From Eledone cirrhosa (taxonomy: Eukaryota), in NCBI GenBank assembly GCA_964016885.1, contig OZ024742.1, forward strand, positions 191,828,001 to 191,892,000: DNA of 64,000 nucleotides, read 5' to 3'. A program made the translations under genes and the position numbers. This document shows, piece after piece, positions 42,345-55,482 of the stretch. Within the stretch, counting starts at the first letter, position 1; every line of letters starts with the position of its first letter. The notes under the pieces are model-generated. The model did not search any database. It was not told the origin of the DNA and worked only from the letters and a program-made list of their open reading frames with translations.

Positions 42345-43109
42345 CTATCAGCAGTACCCAGCGTTGCCTGGGTAAGTAAAATAATATTTGCTTTGATGAA
42401 AAGGCGTTGATCTTAGTGACTACGAGTTTCTTGAAAATCGGTCGTAAGGTGTAGCAAATGGCGAAATGTTGAGTGAAATCGTATGAAATATGTGGGAGGT
42501 GGAAAAAATCGTATTTTGAAGAGTTAAATGGCTGCCACGCCGTCCCTGAACAAAAAATCTCAAGTGTAAAGCTACTATAAGATGTGCAATGATATGTTCT
42601 ATCGTAGTATAAAAGTTGAACCAAATAAATTGATTTATGTGTGAGGTGGAGCCGAAGTTTCGAATTTGAAGGAAATCGGTTGAAAAATGTGGGAGCTATA
42701 GCCAAAAAGGCTGAAATTTGAGCGAAAAGGTGGTATTTTCGGATATTTAAACGGCTGCCACGTCGTTCCTAAACAAAAAGTCCAAAATGTAAAGCAAATT
42801 TACGACGTGAAATAATCAGATCTAGCGTAGTGTAAAATTTGAAAAAAGTAGTTTGATTAATGTGGGAGCTAGAGCCAAAAATCTTATTTTTCGATACCTA
42901 AAAAAAGGTGACTCCCCTATCGATTTTTATCGGCAGAATAACCCCGAAATAAAAAAAAAAACGATACGCTGATACATAGAAAACACTCCCCGATGACTAA
43001 TCTATGAGCTTGTAAAGTTTCATGAAAATCGGTCGTAAGATGTAGGTCGCCATGGGTAATACACAGACACACAGACACACACACATACTTAATTTTATAT
43101 ATATACAGA
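42345..43109 (-). mobile_element. Non-autonomous Helitron, apparently full length
   Basis: A|TC 5' end followed by a GTCT/GT microsatellite; internal tandem duplication; 3' hairpin CCCAGGC-AAC-GCTGGG and ATAG|T end (CTAG in the 17178 copy). Confidence 0.75.
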
Positions 43110-43575
43110 TATACCGTCGGGAATGGAAAATAGTATACTCTTAACCGGACTATAGTCTTATCGGGACTAAGTAAAAATATTCCATAGTATTATTATTTTG
43201 AGTCTTTCAATGATTAAAAATCGGTCTATTATCATTTAAAATGGATTTATAAGTAAAATAAATGAAAGTTACACCAAAAAATTCAACAAGAATTATTGCA
43301 AATGGAGCAATATTTCAACATATTGGTATGCATTTTTTATTTCCTAATAATAGTCCAAAATGCTTTTTTGAACTCGATTGCTCGCAATTTTTTTTTCAAT
43401 CACTTCCTCGATTTCAGACAGTATAATTTTCAAAACTTTCAAACGATTGCATCATATATGACCGTACAGTCAACAAAGTATTTATTCCTTCTTTTCCAGA
43501 GATCTAAAATATTGATAAATGATTAAAGTTATGTTAGCTACCTATGGACATTCATATTATAAATATAAAAATAAT

Positions 43576-43707
43576 TGTTTCTATGTTAGGCACAAGGCCA
43601 GCAATTACCCAGTGTATTACTGGTACTTTATTTTATCGACCCCGTAAGGATGAAAGGCAAAGTTAACCTCGGCGGGATTTGAACTCAGAATGGCAAAGGC
43701 CGTAACT
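43576..43707 (-). mobile_element. 5'-truncated SINE family 1 inside Tigger, 18-bp TSD
   Basis: TATAAATATAAAAATAAT at 43558 and 43708. Confidence 0.88.
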
Positions 43708-45197
43708 ATAAATATAAAAATAATACATACTAACCTTTCTAGTTAATTCGGTTTCCTCCTCTTCTATTATCATGCGCTCGTTTTGAACTTCCAAACATAT
43801 TTCAGCATCAGTTAAATCACCATAGCATGGCTCGCTGACATCACAATCGATGAATTCGGGTTCCAATTAAGGAATATTGGCATCATCACTTTCAATTAAT
43901 ACATCGTTCAACTCGACTTCAATTTCATTGTGAAAACTCGCCCGCCTTTTTAAAGCAATTGACAATCGTCATGGGTTTGAGAAGAAAAAGAGAGCGCTAC
44001 AACATTTGCATAGACAAAAAACATGAACGAACTTTTCACATTCACTTACGCTCTTCCCATTTTCTATTGCCACCAATAACTTTCGCACAATTTGTGTACG
44101 ATAATGCACTTTCACAGCATGTATTATTCCCTTATCAAGGGGCTGAATTAATGAGGTCGTATTTGGAGGTAAAAATACGATTTTTACGTTTTCAAAATGA
44201 TTTTCAATTTTATGACAGCTTGCATTGTCTGCAAAAATAATGATTTTTCGTTTTTGGCCACGCATTTTTTTGTCAAATTGTGCAATAATTTCCAGCAAAA
44301 TGTGTTTCGTCATCCAAGCTTTTGAATTACTGTAATGTGCTAGAGATGCTTTTTTATTCAGCATAAAACGAGGTCGTTGAAATTTTCCGATGACAAACGC
44401 GTGTTTTTCAGTTCCATCGGAATTGACTGCTAAGAGAATGGTGAGTCTGTCTTTTGCGGTTTTTCTACCCGTTGGATTTGTTCCGGAGACAGCTAGTGTA
44501 CCAGATGGAAGTGCTTTTAAAAAAAGACCAGATTAATCGAAATTATACACATCCTTTGATGAATAGCCGTCAATTTCCTTGGTATAAATTGTTTCTATCC
44601 AATGTTTGACACTTAAGTGTTCAGCGACAGCTCTTTCACCATGCACTTTCATGAATTTTATATTTTCACGCTTTTTAAGTCTCTCTAACCAACCATGAGA
44701 TGGTTCAAAATCAGGAATTCCCAAAGTTTGTGCAAATATTTTTGCCTTTTCAAGCATCATAGGGCCGCCGTTGATCGGAACATTTTGATTTCTCATTTGT
44801 TGAAACCATTTTATGAGTGCATCTTCCAATCCTTGATGATCAACTCATCTTCTACGTTTCGCATGCAAATTCACATTTGATAGAGTCAATTTTCAATATT
44901 TTTTCTCCTTTTTTTTTTCATCCTGGAGATGGCTGCTTGACTGCAATTGAATTTATTAGACAATTCATTTTGTGACTTGGCGGATTTCAATTCATCCTAA
45001 ATAGCAATTATTTTAGTAAAGCAGAGCGTTTCAAAGACATTTTTATGACACAATGAATTATTATTTTTGTATTTGCATATATTAAACTTTAAATTGCTTT
45101 TAGAATGGTTGTATAAATGATATCATCGCATTTCATTTTGAATTGTTTTAAAATGGTTATGTTACATTATAAGACCAATTTACTTTACCGTATTCAT

Positions 45198-45645
45198 TGT
45201 AGTGACGTGGTTAGTGGGTCTGGTCACAACTCCTGATCGGATCCGAGAATAGCCCTTAAAAGGACTGTTATCGCATACGGTCTAATCGGATCTGAGGATA
45301 GCTCTGAAAAGGGACTGTTGTCACATACGGTAAGGATCAACAGACGAAGGAAGAAGTTGAACGGACGAGCAAAGTGAGAGATGTAGTTTTCGGTCAACTA
45401 TTTATTTTCAATCATGAAGCGACGATACAGAGGTACAAGGCGTGTGTGAGGGGAACAACGATTCACGAGCTGACTCTGCCAAAGGTCTACTGTGTTTTGA
45501 AACACTCTACTTATACAAAAATAATCGTTTGATGTTTAGCTACTGCGTAGGCGTTTCATGTTGGTGGCTTAAGGGTTGTTTGTTTCATGGTAGCTAAGCA
45601 GATAGAGGTATTTATGTCACAGATGTTATTTCCGGTGGCAGTACA
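45198..45645 (-). mobile_element. Possible solo LTR inserted in the Tigger 5' region
   Basis: TGTAGTGAC...GGCAGTACA imperfect inverted ends, minus-strand AATAAA and an internal short duplication. No clear TSD. Confidence 0.3.
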
Positions 45646-45878
45646 TACTCTTATTCGGACTAAATTATATAGAAAATATATAAACGGTAATTTATTATGC
45701 TATACTCTTATGCGAACTATACTCTTATACGATATACTCTTAAGCTGACCCATGCACTGTACAAAACATAGTACATAAATTCGGGAATTGATTATCCTAT
45801 ACTCTTAAGTGGACTATACTCTTATCCGATATACTCTTAAGCGGACTCGACTGTATATATATATATATATATATATAT

Positions 45879-48788
45879 AGGAGAAAGTATGACCCCGACG
45901 GCAGAACTCAAGCCGTTACGACGGCTATTTCTGGACTAAAGTAAGAGTTTTATTAGTCTGGTAAATAAATAGCCGAACATTTCAAGAGGTACTTCCTTAT
46001 ATGGGAAGATTGTAGTTGTCAAGAGGATTGGTCAACATTTGTAGCAGACACAGAAAAATCTATCATGGCAGTGGGTGCGGGGCGGGGGTGGCTGAACTTG
46101 CCTGAAGAACAATAGGGGAGTGGGTAGAGCCGGTCAAGCGTTGAAGGTGAAATCTACATGGCAAATTCTAAGGAATGTGTATGAAAGTAGGCCTGGGGAG
46201 GTAGGCGAAAAAGGGTTTCTTTAGAAAATGGAGGAGGGACGTTATAGAAAAGGTAAATCAAATGAGAATTAGGGGACAAAGAAGAAATATAATAAAAAAG
46301 AATATATATAAAAAATGAGAGAATGTAAGATTGGAAAGTGGGAAGTGAAATAAAACAAAAACTAAGGAGTCTAACACAGCTGCTATATTTAGTTGGTGCT
46401 GCTTTTCCGGCCAAAGCTATAGAATGGATTGCTAGATGAGAATTATTGAAAATTTAGAATTGGGTATTAAAAATTAATACCACATCTCTGGGGTCTAACA
46501 CAGCTGCTATGATTAGTTAGTATAGCATAATCTGCGAATGTTATCTGTAAGTTACTGAGGTTGGTATACTGACGCTAAAGAGGCCCGAAAGGCTGCCTCG
46601 GTGTAGGCGAAAGGGGAAAAAAACAAAGGAACGAACGAGGAAGAAGTTCGGTGGTGGAAAGAGTGATAGGAGGAGGCAAAGGGAAGAAGAAAACATTGAT
46701 GAAAAGAAAAAGGGCACATCTACCTATGGTTTTCCCTATCTTATTCGGCAAGTGAGATGTTTCAGCCCTTGTCTACCCACCCGGATCGTTAGGGGGTTTG
46801 AGGGCGAGGTAGATCTTCTGCAATCTGTGTTTGTATGCAGTTACCAGTTCATCTTTTTTGTTTAGGAGTTGATCCTTCGTAAACAGCATTTATAATGTTT
46901 CCTCCGAGCATAAGTTGCATGGACGGCGTCCTCCCGTGTAAGAGTTAGCTCTGGACAGTAAGCTCCAGATAAGATGGTAAGTTATATTATCATCTTGGAT
47001 ATCCCAGATATGGCTCGAAGGTGACATGTCGCCGGACCGGGTTTCGGAACGTATATCGGTGTTGGTAGAGCCGGGTTATAAAATCACAAGCGGTTAATCC
47101 TATATAAGCTTTGTTGGTGTTGTCCGCCCTCACGTTGCACTGGTAGATCACGTTACATACTCGGCATCTGTTATTGAGGGGGCACGTAAATATATCAGGG
47201 CAGTTACAGTTCCTGGTCGGCTCTCCACTAAATTGTAGGTTGTTTCTTACATAGGGTTGAGTTTTTTGTTGTTTGAAGAGACGATGTTTTTTGCGAAGTT
47301 AGGTGTGGTGTTGCAGATAGCTTGATAGTGTTTTTGTTGATTATGTTGTGGTAGCGGTGTTGTAGTGGAAAGTGCTTTTCGAGGAGCCTAAAGAAGATTT
47401 TCCCGATAGGCATTGCCACCTCGGCATTGTGATGAGGATGGAACCACGTTAAGTGGCGTGAACGGTGGCGTCGCCTGCTGGTTACGCTAAGGGAAGCTGG
47501 ATAAAAGGATACTTCCTCCCGGAAGCCACTCCGCTTGAGGGCCTGGTTGTAATGAGGCGCATGTTCGTCGAATATCTGCTCATTAGCGATAACTGGGACC
47601 TCTAAGATAATAATATAACTTACCATCTTACTTGGAGCTTACTGTCCAGAGCTAACTCTTACACGGGAGGACGCCGTCCATGTAACTCATGCTCGGAGGA
47701 AACATTACAAATGCTGTTTACGAAGAATCAACTCCTAAACAAAAAAGATGAACTGGTAACTGCATGCAAACAGATTACCTCGATCTCAAACCCCCTAACG
47801 ATCCGGGTGGGTAGACAAGGGATGAAACACCCCACTTGCCGAATAAGATAGGTAGATGTACTCCTTTTCCTTTCCTCTAGGTTTTCTTCTTCCCTTTGTC
47901 TCCTACTATAACTTCTTTCCACTACCGAACTTCTTCCTCGTTCGTTCCTTTGTTTTTTTCCCCCTTTCACCTACCCCGAGGCAGCCAATCGGGCCTCTTT
48001 AGCCTCAGTATCCCAACCCCAGTAACTTACAGATAGCATTCGCCTATTACGCTATACTAACTAATCATAGCAGTTGTGTTAGATCCCAGAGATGTGGTAT
48101 TAATTTTTAATACCCAATTCTAAATTTTCAATAATTCTCATCTAGCAACCCATTCTATAGCTTTGGCCGAAAAGCAGCACCAACTAAATATAGCAGCTGT
48201 GTTAGACTTCTTCGTTATTGTTTTATTTCACTTCTCACTTTACAATCTTAGATTCTTATATATCTGTCTTTCCTTTTTTATTATATTCTTTTTTATTATA
48301 TTTTTTCTCTGTCCCCTAATTCTCATTTGATTTACCTTTTCTATAACGTCCCTCCTCCATTTTCTAAAGTAACTTTTTTTCGGCTACCTCCTCTGGCCTA
48401 CTTTCATACACATTCCTTAGAATTTGCCGTGTAGATTTCACCTTCAACGCTTGACCGGCTCTACCCACTCCCCTATTGTTCTACAGGCAAGTTCATCCAC
48501 CCTACCTCGCACCCACTGCCACGATAGACTTTTCTGCGTCTGCTACAAATTTGGACCAATCCTCTTGACAAATGCAATCTTCCCATGTAAGGAAGTACCC
48601 CTTGAAAAGTTCGGCCATTTATTTACCAGACTAAAAAAACTCTTACTTTAGTCCAGAAATAGCCGTTAAAACGGCTAGAGCTCTGCCGTCGGGGTAATAC
48701 ATTCTCCTATTACCCACTCTACTACCCTAAGTATTGAGTACTCTGGTGCGTTATGGTCCATCTGGTTCCTTACCCCAACTCCTTCGTT
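45879..48788. mobile_element. Hydra-clade-like PLE family F with ~1.1-kb inverted 3' duplication
   Basis: Minus-strand coding 47590 to ~46800 (HYNQALKRSGF, CNCPDIFTCPLNNRC..NVIYQC). 45879-46990 is the inverse of 47600-48710. (TA)n on both sides. Confidence 0.85.
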
Positions 48789-48862
48789 TTATATATATAT
48801 ATATATATATATATACAGTATATATATATGTAAGAATATTTTCGAAACAGCGAGCGAGTTTG

Positions 48863-49089
48863 TAATTATAAATGTAAGCTATCGCCGTATTTTGACTAAA
48901 GGAATTAAAGAAAATTATTTAGCCTGATAATGGGGTTAGGAACCCTCGGAGAAATGGAAAAATATGAGTATTGACGTAAATGTACGTCAATACTCATCTT
49001 TTCCATTTCTTCGAGGGTTCTTAACCCCATCATCAGGCTAAATAACTTTAATTCCTTTAGTCAATATACGGCGATAGCTTACATTTATA

Positions 49090-49092
<3 letters not shown>
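48863..49092. repeat. ~230-bp imperfect palindrome in (TA)n
   Basis: Apex GAGTATTGACGTA aatg TACGTCAATACTC. The arms contain a CTGAT(G/A)A TGGGGTT..AACCCTC G half-HHR-like motif. Confidence 0.85.
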
Positions 49093-49179
<87 letters not shown>

Positions 49180-49261
49180 GTAAATATATATGTATATGTA
49201 AATATATATATATATATATATGCATATGTAAATATATAAATATATATATATATGTGTGTGA

Positions 49262-49292
<31 letters not shown>

Positions 49293-49333
49293 ATATATAT
49301 GTATATGTAAATATATATATATATATATATATA

Positions 49334-49390
<57 letters not shown>

Positions 49391-49786
49391 CACACATATA
49401 TATATATATATACATACAGTGAAAGAGAGAGGGAGAGAGATCAGTGTAACTTTATGATTTACTAATTCGTAAACTGTGCGTCGAAAATGTTGACGTCACT
49501 ATATAAATGAAATGTAAACTTATCAGTTTCTCTTGTCCTTTGAATGGCTAAAATGACTCTTCCACCTGAACAGCTTTATACATTATAGTAAACATTTTGT
49601 CTTGAACTACATCGATTTCTTTATTGAATATCAACTATCAAGTAGGCGCGTCTATGGAGTTAAATGTTTTGGCTCGCAACCATGTGTTTGTTTTATTTAT
49701 TTATTTATTCATTTATTTTATTTTATTTTTTGACCAATGACTTTTGAATGAAATTCGTTAGATGGCAACCCATCGTATAAACACAC

Positions 49787-49822
<36 letters not shown>

Positions 49823-49825
49823 GTA

Positions 49826-49863
<38 letters not shown>

Positions 49864-49908
49864 GGAGAGAGAGGGGGAGAGAGAGAGAGAGGAAGCCGGT
49901 CTTGTATA

Positions 49909-50100
49909 CAGGGTCTCCCCCAAAATTGTATATACACTTCAATAGCATTCTAATAAATATTGCCTGTACTGATAATCAAAGCGTGTATACATTTTTGGGA
50001 GACCCTGTATATATGTGTATATATATACAGGGTCTCCCAAAAATGTATACACGCTTTGATTATCAGTACAGGCAATATTTATTAGAATGCTATTGAAGTG

Positions 50101-50104
<4 letters not shown>
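49909..50104. mobile_element. Tc1/mariner-type MITE (99 bp) plus adjacent inverted partial copy
   Basis: TA|CAGGGTCTCCC...GGGAGACCCTG|TA at 49909-50007; second copy at 50028-50104. Confidence 0.75.
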
Positions 50105-50131
<27 letters not shown>

Positions 50132-50750
50132 TTATATATGAAAAGAGGCAAACAGAAATAACAAAGCAAAGGGCAGTACAATGAAGAAATATATTATTAG
50201 CTTTACGCTTGATATAGTAGGACAATTATCTTAATGTGTGTGTGCGTATGTTGCGTTTGTGTATTGTGCCTCCCTCTGTGTTCATTCATTGTTTGTTTTT
50301 TAACGTAACGGTGCGGCAGATAATATTTCAATAAATATGCACATGACTGTAAAGACTTCAGAAACATGTACTAGGTAACTACAAGTATGGCCGTACTACA
50401 GTATGGCCGTAGTCTACTTATTAAAAGCAGTAAAAGAATAACAGTTCTTACATCTGATGAATAACACCTTTGCAGTATTTATTTCCTAGACTTACTCATA
50501 TATATAATCAGAACAGAAGAACATTAGTCCCGCGTGATTAATTCATTCATAGCTTTCGTTTAGTTATTAATTCAATTAACAATATATATTTCATATCAGA
50601 TACTGCTATTTCACAATATGAATTACTTTGTAGATCAATCTATCATATCACCAATATTTTACTTTAAATATATAGGCCACGAAAACTTATTAACGTTGTC
50701 TTTGTATTTTAGTTATAGTGTTACTTTGATATTTATTAATATTATAAGAT

Positions 50751-50788
<38 letters not shown>

Positions 50789-50789
50789 G

Positions 50790-51005
50790 ACAGTCAATCG
50801 ACTTTCGTCAAATCGGACCGAGGAAACAATGTTTCCTTTGGTCTTTCCAATTGCTAATACTATCTATCGGTCGCAATTCCAGGTAGAACGAGCAATGTGA
50901 AATAAAGTGTCTTGCTCAAGGACATAACGCATCATCCGGTTCGGGAATCGAACTCACAATCTCACGGCTGCGAATCCAATCCTCTAACTATCAGCCACGC
51001 GCCTC
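50790..51005 (-). mobile_element. SINE family 2
   Basis: Match to 39222-39430. Confidence 0.85.
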
Positions 51006-51206
51006 CGTATATTTTATATTTATTTATATTCACCTAAAAAATCCATACAACATAACTCACATATAATTTTAACATCCCTTTTTAAACTTCACTCCACCAT
51101 CTACATTCCACTATCAATACAACAATCCCTTTTCTTCATAGGTTCTTCATAGTAATTCTATTTTTAACACCATTCAACCATTCCTTTCAAAAGGTCATAA
51201 CCTTAA

Positions 51207-51462
51207 CTGAAGTGAGTTATATTTCGTCTTAACATCATATGGCAAAACACTATTTGATTGGTTTGTTCTTCAGCTACCTCCAAATAAGGTCATAGAACTC
51301 AATTTACTATTGATTTTAAATAAAATTGTCATTGCTTTTGACAACGGCTGACGATATACACGTAGGTAGATATATTCCTTATTTGATATTTTGTAACTAA
51401 CCTTACATAGATCGATAACGAAATATGCGTACGATGTATTATTATCACCTAGAAACGATCGT
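51207..51462 (+). repeat. Direct-repeat copy of the HHR-bearing segment at 53187-53442
   Basis: CTGAAGTGAGTTATATTTCG...CCTAGAAACGATCGT. Confidence 0.85.
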
Positions 51463-51565
51463 TTGTTCTTCAAATGTGATTATGGTTTTTCGTGCCGCAA
51501 GTATGACATCAATTTGGGATCTAGTCAGGTCACTATTGTTCATGGCCATAATTAGAGCCTTATTT

Positions 51566-51640
<75 letters not shown>

Positions 51641-51704
51641 CATATGCATACATATATATACACACACATACATTACATACACATACACACTCACATACAC
51701 TTAT

Positions 51705-51748
<44 letters not shown>

Positions 51749-53186
51749 TCTTATCATACATACATAGATACGTGTATACCCATGCAGTTACATCTGGTTA
51801 TGTACCTTGATGCCCTAAGTCAGTAACGCATGAATCTGTGGAAGCTAAAAAATTAAAAGGTAAAAAAATTAACAGGAAGGCGTATAATTAGGAGAAGGGG
51901 ATACTAACAAAAAGGTATGTCACATAGAGCTATAGTGAGCTGCTATTTAGAATGTTTAATTAGGTTTATAGTACTTAAATGTGTCTCGTATACGGTGATT
52001 ACAAGCTATAATCAGTTCTTGTCTTTTATTCAATAAATCGTCCTTAGATTTAATAATTTCCAAGATCTCTCCTTAATATAATCTGCATTCTCTCCTGTTC
52101 CCAAGATATGGAGTTCTTTGTAGAATGGTATCCCACGATAGATTTAAATCTATTTTTTTCTTTTTATAGTTATTTACTGCTTCAGCTAAAGATGTGGTGT
52201 TAGCTAGTTTAGTATTGTTAAAGCTACTGGAGTGTGCGTAATATCTTTTCTTACGTGTTCGATGTAGATCCTATATACGATTTGTTGGAGTCAGTAGTAG
52301 ACACAGTGCATTTATATATTACATTAGTAATCAAACAGATGCCATTTAAGGGGCAAACGCTTCTATTTCTGCAATTACAACCATACGTAAGATGGTTGTT
52401 GGAGGTATCTACATAATTCTCATTAATCCTGGAGCTATTCTCATTGTAATTAATATTAGAGAGAAAAGGAGGGCTGCTTTGTGGGTGATTTAGTGCTGGG
52501 GTTGTATTGCGATTTTGTATTATGTTGTTTTTGTGTTGGTGATTTGGGTAGTTTTGTTTTCCAGGTTGAAGAATTGTATTATTTGTCCTTTTAAAAGGTG
52601 CAGTCTTATTTAAATTATCTTGTCGTGGTTTGATCATATTATTTTTAAATTTATAAATGTTGTAGTTGCTTATTTTCTATTGGAGATTGTTTGATGTAGA
52701 TTATGAGAATTTAACAGTATACCTGTTAAATATTTGGTGGTATCTGTGGTTTGGTAGAAAATGTTTATGTAGAATTTCGAAGAATTTGTGTGTGATTTGT
52801 CCAATACTTTGTAGGTTGAAGGGTGCGTTTTACCATGTTATGTTTCTTTTGTGGTTTTTATTAATGTGCTCTGTTAAGGAAGAGTTCCTATGGATAGTAT
52901 TTGTATTTGCGGATTTTGGTAAATTACCGTGGTTGTATTTGGTGTTATTATTGGGTAGATTATGAGAGGTTGAATGTTTGGTAGTCATATGTGAGTTGTT
53001 AACATTGGTCATAGATCGTGTAGTAATAGTTGTTGTGGTTTTTCGGTTGTTTGGTGTAATAGGAATGACCCCATTAGGCATTTGTTTCGATGGTATTTTT
53101 GGTGTTTGTAGTTTTTGCTAGGTTTTGTAGTATGGTCCATAGTAGTTTGGGGGATATATGAAATGTTTTCTTTATATCCACTTCCA
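51462..53186 (-). mobile_element. Hydra-clade-like PLE family E fragments (short RT piece 51462-51568; thumb/linker/GIY-YIG 51900-53186)
   Basis: [12 protein letters not shown]; KRNITW*NAPF; CNCRNRSVCPLNGICLITNVIYKC..SYIGSTSN. Long Asn/Thr-rich inserts. Confidence 0.78.
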
Positions 53187-53312
53187 CTGAAGTGAGTTAT
53201 ATTTCGTCTTAACATCATATGGCAAAACACCATTCTATTGGTTTGTTCTTTAGCTACCTCCAAATAAGGTCATAGAACTCAATTTACTATTGATTTTGAA
53301 TAAAATGTTAAT

Positions 53313-53448
53313 TGATTTTGACAACGGCTGCCGATATACACGTAGGTAAATATACTCCTTATTTGATATTTTGTAACTAACCTAACATAGATCGATAACG
53401 AAATATGCGTACGATGTATTAGTATCACCTAGAAACGATCGTAAATCA
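53313..53448 (+). ncRNA. Type I HHR, long stem II, U3-A8 core variant
   Basis: tgatt TTGACAA c GG...CC ta GAAA cgatcg TA aatca. Perfect 5-bp stem I; homologous to 9558-9700. Confidence 0.6.
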
Positions 53449-53494
53449 GTGAAGTATATTCCTAGTGACTTGAATTTTTATTTCATTGTTTTAA

Positions 53495-53546
<52 letters not shown>

Positions 53547-54063
53547 TATATAAATGAAAGGTATAGAAAACACTGCAGCGAAAAGCCAACAAATATATAT
53601 ATATATTTATATAAACACACATATATGAAAAAACAACCTGAGCACCTCCCCCTTGTTTGAAGAACTTTGTAACGCGAACTGGCGCGAAATTTATTATACT
53701 TATTGACCAAATACGGGGGCGAAATTTATTACTCTTATTGACCAACAAATCAAATTACTTCTCTAAAAACATGGCGTTTCGAGCCACTTTTTTCCATATA
53801 AAACAAGTAACATTCAAATACCAACCAGATGTGTGAAAAACCACAGACCCTCCATCTCAACTCTACTTTTGAAAAGAAGAAGAACTGCGAAACCGGTAAA
53901 GGAACCAAATAAATATATATATTTTTTTAAAAATAAGACATCAGTTACATTTTCGATTTCATCTTTTTTTCTTTATACTTTTACTCGTGTAGGACACCGG
54001 TTATTTTTCATTTTGTAAAAAACCTCTCTTTCCAATATATATATATATACATACATACATACA

Positions 54064-54158
<95 letters not shown>

Positions 54159-54206
54159 GACGTAAAATAAGAAAATTTTAAAATTAACTTACTTACTAAA
54201 ATTTTC

Positions 54207-54288
54207 ACTCCAACTAATTAGTTTCTGTAAGGGAATAAATATAGTTACGCACCGCAAATATAGAGAAATCCTTACGTCATCAGGGAGT
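54207..54288 (-). ncRNA. Type I hammerhead ribozyme
   Basis: actcc CTGATGA c GTAAGG..CCTTAC a GAAA ctaattag TT ggagt. Confidence 0.85.
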
Positions 54289-54738
54289 CTATTCTCAGCT
54301 AAGTTCCCAGGCAATGCGCGGACACTAGGAACCCATATAAAAATAATAATTCAGTGGATGGAAAAAAGCAAGCGGGGACTAGATTCCAGGGCACTGAAAA
54401 AATTCACTGCCTACTTGGTCAGTGGCAAATTCTAAAGAATCAATCACGTGACACTGAGGTTAATCAGTGAGGAGTGGAGTGGTGATAAGACAAGAGCCTA
54501 ACTACTACCATGAACCATAGCAGTAAATTTCGGCAAGTTTTGCTCAACAAATAATTTGGAGATAAATATATAGAAATAGTATATCTACCAGCATATGTAT
54601 ACAGATGTATACTCATGCTAGCAAATATATATGTTATGTCTTAGTACCTTTGTGGTTCTATTCAAGGGGATGCAGAACAAGTATATGAAAGACGTAAAAT
54701 AAGAAAATTTTAAAATTAACTTACTTACTAAAATATTC

Positions 54739-54820
54739 ACTCCAACTAATTAGTTTCTATAAGGGAATAAATATAGTTACGCAACGCAACTATAGAGAAA
54801 TCCTTACGTCATCAGGGAGT
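54739..54820 (-). ncRNA. Type I hammerhead ribozyme (tandem partner)
   Basis: Same fold 532 bp upstream; inner hairpin TATAGTTGCG ttg CGTAACTATA. Confidence 0.85.
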
Positions 54821-54951
54821 CTACAATTGTTCTGCATCCCTTTGCATAGAACCAGAAAGGTACTAAGACATAACATATACATTTGCTAGCATGAGTATAC
54901 ATCTGTATACATATGTTGGTAGATATACTAATTCTCTCTCTATATATATTG

Positions 54952-54982
<31 letters not shown>

Positions 54983-55019
54983 GGGGGGGGTGTATTGATA
55001 TATATGTATATATACTATG

Positions 55020-55444
55020 TAGAGAAGATAACACACGAAGAGTGAGAGCGTGTGTGTTTATCAATATACAGGGAAAACTACCAGTGTATGGAATCTATAA
55101 ACTACGAAAGGTGAGTTAGACGGATAATAATTAGAAATATAAATCAAAATGAATTTACCCACCTCTATAACTATGTATCACACACGTACAAAACCAAAGA
55201 GATTTGTTTCGCCAAAACATTGGGGAATGGAACGAAAATACTCAGTTTCATCAGCGTGCTTTAAGGGAATACATTCCAGACGACTCTAAGAGATCTTAAG
55301 ATAACTGCCTTGCAACACGTGTTAGAGAGAAGTGAATGTGTGCGAGAGACAGTAAACTTGTGGCCTGGGTGGAATGAGCGGCTAGAAATCGCAGCCCCCT
55401 TGATAAACACACTCTCTATCTCTCTCACGCTCTCTCTCTCTCAC

Positions 55445-55482
<38 letters not shown>

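Larger units (their letters stand above)
43111..45853 (-). mobile_element. Tigger/pogo-family DNA transposon, decayed transposase
   Basis: CENP-B-type HTH (EDALIKWFQQMR..PING..LEKAK..SHGWLERLK). DDE motifs YNFD, KDRLTILL, FADNASCH, FLPPNTTSLIQPLDKGII. Terminus TA|CAGTCGAGTCCGCTTAAGAG at 45853, with subterminal TATACTCTTA repeats. Confidence 0.88.
54153..54930 (-). mobile_element. Non-coding HHR-bearing unit, 532-bp period, two HHRs, with inverted 5' segment
   Basis: 54153-54290 is repeated at 54685-54822; 54825-54930 is the inverse of 54565-54680. Confidence 0.82.

Noticed and set aside
48560-48700. HHR-like words in the family F pLTR (TTGACAA..GAAA; CAGAAAT-hairpin)
   Set aside because: Stems I and III are not supported.
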